Positions 8,954 to 19,734 are shown, numbered from the stretch's first letter. The stretch is 64,000 nt of DNA from an uncultured Verrucomicrobiae bacterium (GCA_963836315.1 CAWIJG010000002.1:1699791-1763790); one strand, 5' to 3'. Notes: generated by a model not told the origin, from the sequence alone. Program-made: numbers and translations.

Positions 8954-10416
8954 AGGTTGTGCAGCATGGTATCGTTGTTGCGATGACCGGCGCGTTGCTG
9001 GCCGGCTGCGCCGTCGGGCCCGATTATAAACGACCTGAAGCGGCGACGGTGCCCGCAGTATATGCCGGCGCGACCAACGGATGGAAAGTTGCCGAGCCCC
9101 GGGCGCATCTGTCCAAAGGCAATTGGTGGGAAATCTTTGGGGATGCGGAGTTGAACCGTCTGGAAACCAACGCGGTGGTGGCAAACCAGGAGCTCAAGGC
9201 TGCCGTGGCCAGCTTCGATCAAGCCCGCGCGGTCACGGATGTCACGAAGTCCGGGCTGTTTCCACACATCGATCTCTCGCCCACAGTCACCGCTCAGCGC
9301 AACTCTTTTAACCAGCCGGTTCTTGCCCGGCCGGCAGGCAAGACCAACACGTTCCCTTATGCCACTCTCCTTGTGCCGCTGGACCTCAGTTACGAGGTGG
9401 ATCTCTGGGGACGAGTTCGACGACGCGTTGAATCGGCGCAGTCTCTGCAACAGGCCGATGCGGACGATTTGGAGGCGGTCAGACTCTCCATCGAGGCCGA
9501 AGTGGCGACGGACTATTTCACGCTCCGCGCGCTCGATGCGGAAAAGGCGTTGCTCAGTTCCGACATCGAAGTCTTCCGCAAATCACTGGAATTGACCCAG
9601 AACCGCCGCGTGGGCGGGATTGCGTCCGACCTGGACGTGGCCCAGGCCGAAACGGTGCTCAAGACGACGCAGGCGGAACTGCCGGCCACCATGTTGCAGC
9701 GGGAACAGTTTGAGCACGCCCTTGCCGTGTTGACGGGGCAACCGGCCTCCACGTTCGCTGTGGCGGAACGACCGCTCAACGCCATGCCACCCGCCGTTCC
9801 GCCGGGGTTGCCATCCCAGCTGTTGGAGCGACGGCCCGACATCGCGGCCGCTGAACGCCGCATGGCCTCCGCGAACGCGGACATCGGCGTGGCAAAGGCG
9901 GCGTTTTTCCCGACCATCGAGCTCAACGGATTGGCCGGTCTCGAGAGTCTTCATGCCGGCTCCCTGTTTAACTGGCAGAGCCGGCTCTGGTCGATTGGCC
10001 CGTCCCTGACGATGCCGATTTTCGATGCCGGGCAGAACCGCGCGAACCTCAGGTTGGCGAGAGCGGCCTATGATGAGATGGTCGCCAACTACCGTCAGAC
10101 GGTGCTCGCGGCGTTTGCGGACGTGGAGGATAATCTGTCCGCGCAAGTTCTTCTCGCCGACCAGAGCGAAGCGGAAACAGCCGCGTTGCAAGCGGCGCGG
10201 AAGCAACTCGACATCGCTGATAATCGGTACCGCGCCGGACTGGTCACTTATCTCGAAGTGGCCACTGCGCAAAACACGGCACTGAGTGTCGAGCGTACCG
10301 CGGTGCAACTTCGCGGGCAGCAGCTTGTGGCCGCCGTGGCGTTGGTGAAGTCACTCGGCGGCGGCTGGCAGGACCCGGTGGCGGCGGCACAGCCTTCTCG
10401 TGCGGCGAATCGCTGA
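8950..10416 (+). CDS. RND efflux outer-membrane lipoprotein, NodT/OprM family
   Basis: Lipoprotein signal with lipobox LLAGC followed by the NodT-family motif AVGPDYKRPE. Two repeated OEP halves. 4-nt overlap with the MFP gene. Confidence 0.85.
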   Translation: MKVVQHGIVVAMTGALLAGCAVGPDYKRPEAATVPAVYAGATNGWKVAEPRAHLSKGNWWEIFGDAELNRLETNAVVANQELKAAVASFDQARAVTDVTKSGLFPHIDLSPTVTAQRNSFNQPVLARPAGKTNTFPYATLLVPLDLSYEVDLWGRVRRRVESAQSLQQADADDLEAVRLSIEAEVATDYFTLRALDAEKALLSSDIEVFRKSLELTQNRRVGGIASDLDVAQAETVLKTTQAELPATMLQREQFEHALAVLTGQPASTFAVAERPLNAMPPAVPPGLPSQLLERRPDIAAAERRMASANADIGVAKAAFFPTIELNGLAGLESLHAGSLFNWQSRLWSIGPSLTMPIFDAGQNRANLRLARAAYDEMVANYRQTVLAAFADVEDNLSAQVLLADQSEAETAALQAARKQLDIADNRYRAGLVTYLEVATAQNTALSVERTAVQLRGQQLVAAVALVKSLGGGWQDPVAAAQPSRAANR

Positions 10417-10421
10417 GCGGT

Positions 10422-11282
10422 TCACCAGGCAAAGTGGTGCAGCCCGTAGATCAAAGAGGCGCCGAGGTACCCGGCCGCGCTGACGAGGATGACCCCGATG
10501 ACCAAGGTGAGGCGGAAATAGCCTCTCACGCGAAGTGGGCTTCCACTTCTGTTCGCAAATTGCAGCAGCGTAGCGATCAGCACCGCCCACACCGCCGTCG
10601 CGGTTCCGAACCAGCGGTGCCACGCGAGTATTGGGACCGAGGTTCCGCGGAAATCTGAGAACGCGGCATCACACCAGCCAAGCGTGGCTGCACCGGCCGC
10701 GGTGACCGCACCGAGCATGACGCAAAATCGAACGGTATCCCTCCATGAATCCTTGCGAGTAAGCATCCACATGAACTCGGCTGGGACCGCAACAATCAGC
10801 AGGGCGATGGGAAAATGCGTTGCGGGAGGGTGAAATTGTCCGAGGTAACGAATAATTCGCTGGCGAAGTGTCAATCGAGGCGCGGCATACGGGTTGACCT
10901 GAGACACGTTGGCAGGCGCGCCGGCTTCTATCCAATATTTCACAATGTCCTTTTCAGTGCGCGTCAATGGCGGTGAATTGCCTTTTGGGTTGGGCATTTC
11001 GTTGTGCACGAGCATTTGGTAGAGCTCGGATTGCGCGGGTTTGCCCGGCACGATCATCTTGGGGTTGGCGGCGACCCGGGCGAGGTCGAGGACATAGCCG
11101 AACTTTCCTTTGGGTCGCGGGAGATCAGAGGCATGACACTCGACGCACTTGACTTGAAAGATTGTGTGAACCTGTGTGGCAAGCGACAGTGGTTCGTCAA
11201 ATGGGCGGCTATCAGCCTCCCCCGCGCGAGGGGTCGTGAGAATCAAAGCCAAAGCAAGCGCCCCAGCAACGCCGCGCCTCAC
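10422..11282 (-). CDS. Membrane protein with N-terminal c-type cytochrome (CxxCH) domain fused to a 4-TM C-terminal domain
   Basis: Signal peptide, haem-binding motif CVECH in a planctomycete-type cytochrome c context (IFQVKCVECHASDLPRP...QSELYQML), then four predicted TM helices. Co-oriented with and downstream of the mdtABC-like genes. Confidence 0.5.
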   Translation of the reverse strand: MRRGVAGALALALILTTPRAGEADSRPFDEPLSLATQVHTIFQVKCVECHASDLPRPKGKFGYVLDLARVAANPKMIVPGKPAQSELYQMLVHNEMPNPKGNSPPLTRTEKDIVKYWIEAGAPANVSQVNPYAAPRLTLRQRIIRYLGQFHPPATHFPIALLIVAVPAEFMWMLTRKDSWRDTVRFCVMLGAVTAAGAATLGWCDAAFSDFRGTSVPILAWHRWFGTATAVWAVLIATLLQFANRSGSPLRVRGYFRLTLVIGVILVSAAGYLGASLIYGLHHFAW

Positions 11283-11284
11283 GT

Positions 11285-11755
11285 TTACTGCCCCGGTGGC
11301 GGGCTCCGGTGCTTTCCGCCTCCGCCCACCCCTAGTTCCTTGTGGCTCGAGTCCTTCAACTGCGCGATGTTGGCAATCTCAGTCTTGGCGACTTCCAGTT
11401 TGTCGGCGGCGATCGCTTGCTGCAGCGCACCAATCTCCTTGATCAATGTGTCCAAATCATTGTGAAACGAGTCGAGGTACTTGGTTTGGTCCGCCCCGGA
11501 CAATTTATCCGCCCTGGGAGGGGTGAGTGTCCGGGCCTTCTGGGCGTGCTTTTGCATGTCGGCCACGAAATTCAATGTGGATGCTTTTTGGGTCGGGTCG
11601 GCATACTGGCGGCTCACCAAGCGGAAATCCTGGTTGATTCCCTCCATTTCATCGTGAAGCGGAGATTCGTGGCCTCCCGCCGCGAAAGCGTTGAGCGGCA
11701 CGAGCACAGTGGCCAACAAGACCAAGACATGAGAACTGCGGATCGTTGTTTTCAT
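11285..11755 (-). CDS. Secreted four-helix-bundle protein, cytochrome b562-like
   Basis: Signal peptide (VLVLLATVLVPLNAFAAG) followed by ~130 aa, all-helical. Segment MQKHAQKARTLTPPRADKL resembles the cytochrome b562 region (AQKATPPKLEDK) and a conserved His near the C-terminus. Weak similarity judgement made by eye. Confidence 0.4.
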   Translation of the reverse strand: MKTTIRSSHVLVLLATVLVPLNAFAAGGHESPLHDEMEGINQDFRLVSRQYADPTQKASTLNFVADMQKHAQKARTLTPPRADKLSGADQTKYLDSFHNDLDTLIKEIGALQQAIAADKLEVAKTEIANIAQLKDSSHKELGVGGGGKHRSPPPGQ

Positions 11756-11846
11756 AAGAATTTCCCGATGACACTAGATTAATGACCCAGTTGGTGGCTC
11801 CACGCAAGCACGGAACGAGTTAGCGGTTGGCAGGATGTGCCGTATC

Positions 11847-14800
11847 CTAAGGCGCGGTCGCGAGTTCCGTCAGTTCGTGGCGGCGTCGGACCTTGAACCT
11901 TTGGCGCAGATGTTCGAATGCCAGATAGACCACCGGGGTGGTGTAGAGGGTGAGGCCCTGTGAGAACAACAAGCCGCCGACGACGGCGATGCCCAGTGGC
12001 TGGCGCAGTTCGGAGCCGGTGCCAAGCCCAATGGCCAACGGAACGGCACCGAGCAGTGCGGCCATCGTGGTCATCATGATCGGGCGGAAACGGATGACGC
12101 AGGCCTTGTAGATTGCATCCTCCGGGCTCAATCCTTCGGTGCGTTCGGCGTCGAGCGCGAAGTCGATCATCATAATGGCATTCTTCTTCACGATGCCCAT
12201 CAGGAGGATGATGCCGATAAAAGAAACCAGCGACAGGTCAACACGGCATGCCATGAGCGCCAGTAATGCCCCGACACCCGCTGAGGGCAGCGACAGAAGA
12301 ATTGTGATCGGGTGGACCATGCTCTCGTACAGCATCCCCAGCACGATGTACACAACGATCAGCGCCGCGACCGCCAACAAGGGCAGGGTCGACAGGGAAT
12401 CTTTAAAGACCTGCGCCGTGCCCTGAAAACTACCTTGTACGCTCGCCGGCATCCGCATGTCCTGTGCGACCTTCTGGATGATTTCCGTCGCTTGGCCGAG
12501 CGCCACACCGGGAGCCAGGTTGAACGACAAGGTCACGGCCGGGAACTGGCCTTGGTGATTGACCGACAAGCTGGTATTGCTGGTGGTAAACTTGGCGACG
12601 CTGGCCAGCGGGACCATTTGTCCGGTGTTGGACTTTACGTAGATTTTATTCAACGCCGACGGTTCCAATTGATCCTTTGGGTCGACTTCGAGAACCACGT
12701 GGTGCTGGTTGTACTCTTCGTAGATGATTGCCACCTGCCGCTGGCCGAAGGCGTCGTACAAGGTATCATCGATTGCTTGGGGCGAGACGCCCAAGCGGGA
12801 GGCGGAGTCGCGATCGATGACTACGTTGCTTTGCAGACCGTGCGTCAGTTGATCACTGTTGACATCCCGAAGCTGTGGAGTTTTGCGGAGTTTGTTGAGC
12901 AGTTGGTCTGACCAGTAGTTGAGTGCGCCCAGGTCAGTGGACGTCAGGGAGTACTGGTATAACGCGGCAGTGAGCCGGCCGCCTGTCCGGATATCCTGAA
13001 TCGGTTGGAGCCGCAAGGTAATGCCGGGAACAGCTGCCGTGTTGCGGCGAAGCCGGTCGATGACCTCATCCACCCGCACCTTTCTCTTGGAGAGCGGTTT
13101 GAGGCTGATGAACATACGACCGTTATTCAGAGTTGAGCTGCCGGAGGCGGCGCCGATGAACGAGCCCAGCGTATCGATCGCCGGGTCGGCGAGAACAATC
13201 CGTGCCACTTGATCTTGGAGCCGGGCCATGGTGGGGAAGGAAACGTCTTGGGAGGCCTCGGTGGTTCCGATCATGACCCCGGTATCCTGCTGCGGGAAAA
13301 AACCTTTGGGCACGATGACGTAGAGCCAGACAGTTGCGATAATGGTCCCCAAGGCAACCAGCAGCATGACGGCCTGGTGGCGTAGCACCCATTTGAGGCC
13401 TGTTTCGTAATGACCGAGCAGCCAATGGAAGGACTTTTCGCACGCCAAACAGAATGCGTTGGGTTTGGCGTACGCCGATTCCGGTTTGAGAAACCGTGAG
13501 CATAACATCGGTGTCAGCGTGAGCGAGACAACTCCCGATACGAGAATCGCTAGGCTCAGGGTGACCGCAAATTCGTGGAATAAGCGACCGACCAATCCCC
13601 CCATGAACAACAGCGGAATAAACACGGCGACCAATGAGGTGCTGATCGAGATGACGGTGAAGCCAATCTGCCGCGCCCCCTTCAGTGACGCCGCCAGGGA
13701 CGACTCTCCCTGCTCGATGTAACGGTAGATATTCTCAATGACGACGATCGCGTCGTCGACGACAAATCCGACTGAGATGGTGATCGCCATGAGCGAAAGG
13801 TTGTCGAGGCTGTAATCCAACAAATACATGATGCCACATGTGCCGGCCAGGGCGAGCGGAACGGTCACATTCGCGATAAATGTCGGCCAGAATCGCCGCA
13901 GGAACAAAAAGATGACCATGACCACCAGCGCAATGCTCACGAGTAGCGAAAACTGGACGTCGTTCACCGAGGCCCGGATCGTCGTCGTCCGGTCAGCCAG
14001 CACCTTGAGCCTCACTGACGGGGGAACCCACCGTTCGAGGCGGGGCATCTCCGCCTTGATGCGATCCACGGTATCGATAACGTTCGCGCCAGCCTGCTTA
14101 AAGACGATCAATAGCACAGCCCGCCGGGTCCCGTCCCAGCCGGCAAGCAGATTATTCTCGACGCCCTCCATGGTTTTTCCGAGGGAGGCGAGCTTGACTG
14201 GGGTGTTATTGATTTGCGTCAGAATGAGGGAGCGATATTCCCGCGCGTCGATTAATTGATCGTTACTGGCGAACGTATAGGAGTTTTGGTTGCCATCAAT
14301 GCCGCCAATGGGTTGCACCACCGTGGCCTGACCCAGAAACGTCCGCACATCCTCGAGGCTGAGACCGGCCGACGCGAGAGCCGTCGGATCGATTTGCACG
14401 CGCACGGCGGATTTTTCCGCGCCGTTGATACCGACCTGGCTGACGCCGTCGATCTGGCTGATTTTTTGGCCCATGATTTGATCGGCAAATTCGTACACCT
14501 GCGCTGGCGGGAGCGTATCCGAATACATCGACAACACCATAATCGGGGAATCCGCAGGATTGTATTTTCGGTATGTCGGTGGGCTGGGCAGGTTGAGGGG
14601 GAGTTCGCTGGCAGCGGCGTTGATGGCCGCCTGCACGTCGCGCGCCGCGCCATCGATGTTGCGATCGAGACCGAACAGAATATTGATAGTGCTGCCGCCC
14701 AGCGTGCTGGAAGAGGTGAGCTCCGATACGTCTGAAATCTGGGCCAGCCGCCGTTCGAGTGGGGCCGCCAGCGAAGAGGCCACGGTCTCCGGGTCGGCAC

Positions 14801-14957
14801 CCGGTAGCGACGCGGACACAGAGATAGCCGGGTAGTCGATGCGTGGGATTGCCGCGACCGGCAGGAACCGATAGGCCACGATCCCCATTAGAAACAACCC
14901 GCCAGCCAGCAGGGAGGTACCCACGGGGCGGCGGATGAAAGGCTCGGAGACGTTCAT
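11847..14957 (-). CDS. mdtC: RND multidrug efflux permease, MdtC-like (second subunit of heteromeric MdtBC-type pump)
   Basis: 1036 aa. N-terminus MNVSEPFIRRPVGTSLLAGGLFLMGIVAYRFLPVAAIPRIDYPAISVSASLPGADPETVASS, the MdtB/MdtC signature start. Tandem with a paralogous RND gene and an upstream MFP gene. Confidence 0.85.
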   Translation of the reverse strand: MNVSEPFIRRPVGTSLLAGGLFLMGIVAYRFLPVAAIPRIDYPAISVSASLPGADPETVASSLAAPLERRLAQISDVSELTSSSTLGGSTINILFGLDRNIDGAARDVQAAINAAASELPLNLPSPPTYRKYNPADSPIMVLSMYSDTLPPAQVYEFADQIMGQKISQIDGVSQVGINGAEKSAVRVQIDPTALASAGLSLEDVRTFLGQATVVQPIGGIDGNQNSYTFASNDQLIDAREYRSLILTQINNTPVKLASLGKTMEGVENNLLAGWDGTRRAVLLIVFKQAGANVIDTVDRIKAEMPRLERWVPPSVRLKVLADRTTTIRASVNDVQFSLLVSIALVVMVIFLFLRRFWPTFIANVTVPLALAGTCGIMYLLDYSLDNLSLMAITISVGFVVDDAIVVIENIYRYIEQGESSLAASLKGARQIGFTVISISTSLVAVFIPLLFMGGLVGRLFHEFAVTLSLAILVSGVVSLTLTPMLCSRFLKPESAYAKPNAFCLACEKSFHWLLGHYETGLKWVLRHQAVMLLVALGTIIATVWLYVIVPKGFFPQQDTGVMIGTTEASQDVSFPTMARLQDQVARIVLADPAIDTLGSFIGAASGSSTLNNGRMFISLKPLSKRKVRVDEVIDRLRRNTAAVPGITLRLQPIQDIRTGGRLTAALYQYSLTSTDLGALNYWSDQLLNKLRKTPQLRDVNSDQLTHGLQSNVVIDRDSASRLGVSPQAIDDTLYDAFGQRQVAIIYEEYNQHHVVLEVDPKDQLEPSALNKIYVKSNTGQMVPLASVAKFTTSNTSLSVNHQGQFPAVTLSFNLAPGVALGQATEIIQKVAQDMRMPASVQGSFQGTAQVFKDSLSTLPLLAVAALIVVYIVLGMLYESMVHPITILLSLPSAGVGALLALMACRVDLSLVSFIGIILLMGIVKKNAIMMIDFALDAERTEGLSPEDAIYKACVIRFRPIMMTTMAALLGAVPLAIGLGTGSELRQPLGIAVVGGLLFSQGLTLYTTPVVYLAFEHLRQRFKVRRRHELTELATAP

Positions 14958-17900
14958 GATGCGGACGTGGGGCTCTTGTTACCTGCGGTGTCGCTTTCCA
15001 GTTGTCCCTCACTGAGCATACCCGCTTGTGCACGCCAATCGTGAAGCCATCTTGCGCATCTCTCCATGTAGAGATAGATCACGGGCGTCGTATACAGGGT
15101 GAGGAACTGAGAGACAAGCAAGCCGCCGACGATTGAGATGCCCATGGGACGGCGCAATTCCGAGCCGGTGCCCCGTTCCAGCGCCAGGGGCAATGCGCCG
15201 AGCAATGCGGCCATTGTGGTCATCATAATCGGACGAAACCGCAGCAAACAAGCTTGGTAAATCGATTTCTCAGGCGGCAATCCTTCCACGCGCTCGGCTT
15301 CAAGTGCGAAATCGATCATCATGATCGCGTTCTTTTTCACGATACCGATCAGCAGCACGACCCCGATGAGGGCAATCATCGAAAAGTCGATACGACAGAT
15401 CATCAGCGCCAGCAATGCTCCCACGCCTGCCGAAGGAAGGGTGGAGAGAATGGTGATCGGATGAATGTAACTCTCGTATAGGACGCCCAACACAATGTAG
15501 ATAACCACGACTGCTGCTAGTATTAGGTAGGGCTCACTCTTGAGTGATGAACGAAATTCAGCAGCGCTGCCGGAAAATGTTGTCAATACCGTCTCGGGCA
15601 AGCCAATCTCCTTTTCGGCCTTTTGAATCGCGTCGACGGCTTCACCCAGCGAACTGCCGGGACTCAGGTTAAACGACAGCGTGACTGCAGGGAATTGGCC
15701 TTCGTGGGTGATCACCAGTGGCGCGGTCACGGTCCGCAGGTGGGCAAACGCGCTCAGGGGCACCATTTGGCCGGTGGACGATTTGACATAAATCTTGTTC
15801 AGCGATTCCGGGGTGAGTTGATAACGCGGCTCGCTTTCGAGAATCACGCGATACTGGTTGAGCTGGGTGAACATGATCGACACCTGTCGTTGCCCGAAGG
15901 CGTCATAGAGCGTATCGTCAATGGTCTGCGGCAGGATATTGAGGCGTGACGCCGTGTCGCGGTCGATTTCAATATCGAGTTGCAGCCCGTTCCGTTGCTC
16001 ATCGGTGGCTACATCGACCAACTCGGGTGAAGTCTGCAGTTGATTGAGCAGCTTCGACGACCATTGTGAAAGCTCGGTTTCGTCGGCATCCTCCAACGTG
16101 TATTGATACTGGGTACGGCTGACGCGGCTGTCGATCTGGACGTCCTGCACAGCTTGCATGAACAGCGAAATACCTTGAACGTCCTTGGTCGCGGCGCGCA
16201 ACCGGTCAATGACCTGGCTGGCACTGGAGCGGCGTTGGTCACGCGGCTTAAGGTTGATATAGAGGCGGCCGGTATTGACGGTGGCGTTGACCGTGCCTGC
16301 GCCGACAAATGAAGCCACGCTGACCACATCGGCGTCCTTACGTACGATCTCGGCGATGACACGTTGGCGTTCCGCCATCGCCTTGAATGAGATCGATTGT
16401 GCGGCATCGGTCACGCCGGTAATGAGGCCGGTGTCTTGCTCGGGCAAAAGTCCCTTGGGCACGATGATGTAGAGCAGAATCGTGACGACGAGGGTTGCAA
16501 TGGCCACGGTCAACGTCAGCGGCTGATGTTGCAGCACCCATTTAAGACCACGCTCATACCAGTCCAGCATGCCTTGGAACATTCGCTCGGTCATTTCATA
16601 GAAGCGACCATGCTTCTGTTCCTTCTCAGCTTTCAACAGGCGCGCGCACATCATCGGGGTGAGTGTGAGGGAAACAATTGCCGAAACCGCCACCGCCACA
16701 CTCAGGGTGATGGCGAATTCCCGAAATAGTCGGCCCACGATACCGGTCATGAATAGCAGTGGGATAAAAACGGCGATAAGCGAGATGCTGAGGGAGATGA
16801 CGGTGAAACCGATTTGTTTCGCGCCCTTGAGCGCGGCCTGCAGTGGCGGCTCTCCCGCCTCGATGAAGCGGACGATGTTCTCGATCATTACAATCGCGTC
16901 GTCCACGACGAAGCCTGTGGAAATCGTCAGTGCCATCAGCGATAGGTTGTCGAGGCTAAACCCGACCAGCTTCATCACGCCGAATGTGCCGATAATGGCC
17001 AATGGCAGTGCGACGCTGGGGATGACGGTGGCCCAGAACTTTCGCAGGAAGACGAACATGACCATGACGACCAAGAACACAGTCAGGATGAGTGTGAATT
17101 GAACGTCGGACACCGACGCACGGATGGTTTCGGTGCGATCCGTCATGATCGAGACCTTAACGGATGGCGGAATGGAAGCGCGTAGTCTCGGCAGCAAGGC
17201 CTTTACTCGATCTGCCGTTTCAATGATGTTGGCGCCCGGTTGGCGTTGGACATCAAGAATGACGGATGGTTTGTCGTCGACCCAGGCGGCCAAACGAGCG
17301 TTTTCCACGTTGTCGATCACTTCTCCGATATCCTCGAGCCGCACCGGCGATCCATTTCGGTAGGCCACGATGACCGGGCGGTACTCGGCGGCGGATAAAA
17401 TCTGGTCGTTCGCGCCAATGGTGTACGATTGGCGGGCGCCGTCGAAGCTCCCTTTCGGTGCATTGACGTTGTTGTTCATCAGGGCCGCGCGCACATCCTC
17501 CAACCCCAGCCCGAGCGAAGCGATGGCAGTCGGGTTGACGCGGACGCGGACCGCGGGCTTTTGGTTCCCCTCAATGGTGACGAGGCCGACGCCACTGACC
17601 TCACTGAGTTTTTGCGCCAGCACCGTATCGGCGAGGTCGTTGACTTTTTCCAGCGGAAGTGTGTCCGAAGTGATTTGCAGCGTGAGAATGGGAGTGTCGG
17701 CGGGGTTGACCTTATTGTAGGTCGGCGGATTGGGCATATTCTTCGGCAGCACGCCGCCGGCGGCATTGATCGCGGCTTGGACGTCCTGCGCGGCGGCGTC
17801 GATGTCGCGATTGAGATTGAACTGGAGGATGATGGTTGACGTTCCGAAGGAACTCTGGGAGGTCATCTGCGCCAGACCGCTGATCTGGCCGAATTGCCGC

Positions 17901-18103
17901 TCCAAGGGAGTCGTTACCGATGAGGCCATGACATCCGGACTCGCCCCTGGATATTGCGCGGTCACTTGGATCGTTGGAAAATCAACCGGCGGCAATGCGG
18001 AGATTGGCAGGAGGAGGTAGCCGAGCAACCCCATGAGCACCACGCCCACCATGAGCAACGACGTGGCGACCGGGCGCTGAATGAAAGGTTCCGAGATGTT
18101 CAC
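14954..18103 (-). CDS. mdtB: RND multidrug efflux permease, MdtB-like
   Basis: 1049 aa. N-terminus MNISEPFIQRPVATSLLMVGVVLMGLLGYLLLPISALPPVDFPTIQVTAQYPGASPDVMASSVTTPLERQFGQI. 4-nt overlap (ATGA) with the downstream mdtC-like gene. Confidence 0.85.
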   Translation of the reverse strand: MNISEPFIQRPVATSLLMVGVVLMGLLGYLLLPISALPPVDFPTIQVTAQYPGASPDVMASSVTTPLERQFGQISGLAQMTSQSSFGTSTIILQFNLNRDIDAAAQDVQAAINAAGGVLPKNMPNPPTYNKVNPADTPILTLQITSDTLPLEKVNDLADTVLAQKLSEVSGVGLVTIEGNQKPAVRVRVNPTAIASLGLGLEDVRAALMNNNVNAPKGSFDGARQSYTIGANDQILSAAEYRPVIVAYRNGSPVRLEDIGEVIDNVENARLAAWVDDKPSVILDVQRQPGANIIETADRVKALLPRLRASIPPSVKVSIMTDRTETIRASVSDVQFTLILTVFLVVMVMFVFLRKFWATVIPSVALPLAIIGTFGVMKLVGFSLDNLSLMALTISTGFVVDDAIVMIENIVRFIEAGEPPLQAALKGAKQIGFTVISLSISLIAVFIPLLFMTGIVGRLFREFAITLSVAVAVSAIVSLTLTPMMCARLLKAEKEQKHGRFYEMTERMFQGMLDWYERGLKWVLQHQPLTLTVAIATLVVTILLYIIVPKGLLPEQDTGLITGVTDAAQSISFKAMAERQRVIAEIVRKDADVVSVASFVGAGTVNATVNTGRLYINLKPRDQRRSSASQVIDRLRAATKDVQGISLFMQAVQDVQIDSRVSRTQYQYTLEDADETELSQWSSKLLNQLQTSPELVDVATDEQRNGLQLDIEIDRDTASRLNILPQTIDDTLYDAFGQRQVSIMFTQLNQYRVILESEPRYQLTPESLNKIYVKSSTGQMVPLSAFAHLRTVTAPLVITHEGQFPAVTLSFNLSPGSSLGEAVDAIQKAEKEIGLPETVLTTFSGSAAEFRSSLKSEPYLILAAVVVIYIVLGVLYESYIHPITILSTLPSAGVGALLALMICRIDFSMIALIGVVLLIGIVKKNAIMMIDFALEAERVEGLPPEKSIYQACLLRFRPIMMTTMAALLGALPLALERGTGSELRRPMGISIVGGLLVSQFLTLYTTPVIYLYMERCARWLHDWRAQAGMLSEGQLESDTAGNKSPTSAS

Positions 18104-18115
18104 AAACGTTCGCCG

Positions 18116-19396
18116 TCAGGATCCGGTACCGTCGGTTTTCCCGGAGGAGGCCGGTTTCACGTGCGACCCGACCTGCAGCTTGTATTGTCCATCGACCACG
18201 ACCCGTTCATTGGGCTGAAGTCCCTCATCAATCAACGCCTCACCTTTTTCGATTTGCGCCACCTTCACGGGACGGACTTCGACGCTTTGGTCATCCTTGA
18301 TGACGAAGGCATAGGAGCCTTGCGGCCCCCGCTGGATTACCGATGCGGGAACCACGAGACCATTCTTGCGCGTGTTCAACAGCAGGCGGGCGTTCACGAA
18401 CTGGCCGGGCCAGAGTCGGAGGTCGTCATTGGGGAAGTTCGCCTTGAGACGGATCGTGCCGGTCGTGGTATCGATTTGGTTGTCGATCACGGCCAGTTTT
18501 CCTTCGCCCAGCAGGGTGCTGTTGTCGCGGTCCAAGGCAAGTACTGTGATGCCCTGAGGGGAAGCTTCCTTCTGTATCTGGCTTAGCGTTTGTTCGGGAA
18601 GCGTGAAGATTAGGGAGATGGGTCGTAGTTGCGTGATTACCACCAAGCCATTGACATCGACGGCATGAACGATATTTCCCTGGTCCACCAGGCGAATACC
18701 GGTGCGACCGTCGATGGGAGAGACGATGGTCGTGTAGTCAAGTTGGACGGTGGCACTATCGATCGCTGCCTGGTCTGCCTTGACGGTCGCGTCAAGCTGG
18801 TCGACGAGGGCTTTTTGCGTATCGTACTGCTGCTGGGTGGCGATTTTTTGCTCGACCAGATCGGTGTCTCGCTTCAGATCAAGGTTGGCGTTGGCCAATT
18901 GCGCTTCATCCTGCTTTTTCTTTGCCTCGTTCTGTTCGAGCTGGGCTTGGAATGGGGCGGGGTCGATCTGGGCAAGCACGTCTCCGGTGTGGACATCTTG
19001 CCCTTCGATGAAGGCGACCTTTTGCAGCTGACCGTCGACTCGGACGTGAACGGTCACGGTGTTGTACGCCAGAACGGTGCCGAGTCCGTCGAGATAGATG
19101 GGAACGTCCTTCTGCTGTACCTTGGCCTCAACAACTGCTACGACAGGCCCGCCCGATGGAGCATGCACGGACGCTTTCTTTGCAGCAGTTGCGCGGGAGT
19201 AACGCAGGCCTACGAAACCTCCAATGACCAGCACCGCACAGGCAACGCTGACGATCAGCTTTTTGGGGGCGGGGGATGTTTCTTGTTGCAGTGGGGGTTG
19301 GGATTGTGCCCGAAAATCCTTCAGCGAGCCGCCAGCCCGCGCCGCGTCGGCCCGATCCACGTCCTGGCTGTCTTGAAGTTCGTCGTGTTTCAGCAT
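18116..19396 (-). CDS. mdtA: RND efflux membrane fusion protein, MdtA-like
   Basis: 426 aa. N-terminal TM anchor (LIVSVACAVLVIGGFVGL), lipoyl and beta-barrel MFP motifs (TVTVHVRVDGQLQKVAFIEGQDVHTGDVLAQID). First gene of the minus-strand mdtABC-like operon. Confidence 0.85.
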   Translation of the reverse strand: MLKHDELQDSQDVDRADAARAGGSLKDFRAQSQPPLQQETSPAPKKLIVSVACAVLVIGGFVGLRYSRATAAKKASVHAPSGGPVVAVVEAKVQQKDVPIYLDGLGTVLAYNTVTVHVRVDGQLQKVAFIEGQDVHTGDVLAQIDPAPFQAQLEQNEAKKKQDEAQLANANLDLKRDTDLVEQKIATQQQYDTQKALVDQLDATVKADQAAIDSATVQLDYTTIVSPIDGRTGIRLVDQGNIVHAVDVNGLVVITQLRPISLIFTLPEQTLSQIQKEASPQGITVLALDRDNSTLLGEGKLAVIDNQIDTTTGTIRLKANFPNDDLRLWPGQFVNARLLLNTRKNGLVVPASVIQRGPQGSYAFVIKDDQSVEVRPVKVAQIEKGEALIDEGLQPNERVVVDGQYKLQVGSHVKPASSGKTDGTGS

Positions 19397-19734
19397 ACCC
19401 GAGGTGACTCCGTGTTGGCATTACCTGTTACAGCTTAACATCAAACACCAGTACCCGACTATAGGTTTCAAAATATGTCGACGGTCGGGAATGTCAAATG
19501 ATGACCTTCGCGACGCAACAGTTCAATGAGAATCCGCACGGGCGCGGAATCGGGTTGCGCGGGTTCGAGATGCGCATGCGCAACGCGGATCGCAAGCTCA
19601 CGGCATCTGGTTGGCGAAGGATCTCTTAAAGGCAACCCGAAAGAGGTCCATGTCGGTGGTTGCAAGAAATCTGTTCACAAGCGGGCGGGTTGGGATAAGA
19701 TGAGGGTTGCCACATAAAACGTGGTCAACTTCGC

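Noticed and set aside
4592-19031. Numerous 60-250-aa ORFs on the opposite strand or alternative frames inside the three RND permease genes and the MFP genes (for example 5299-5835, 8689-9450, 14296-15033, 18629-19438)
   Set aside because: They are embedded in long, strongly supported RND/MFP/OMF coding sequences. Their composition is Arg/Pro/Ala-rich, typical of spurious high-GC ORFs, with no family resemblance.
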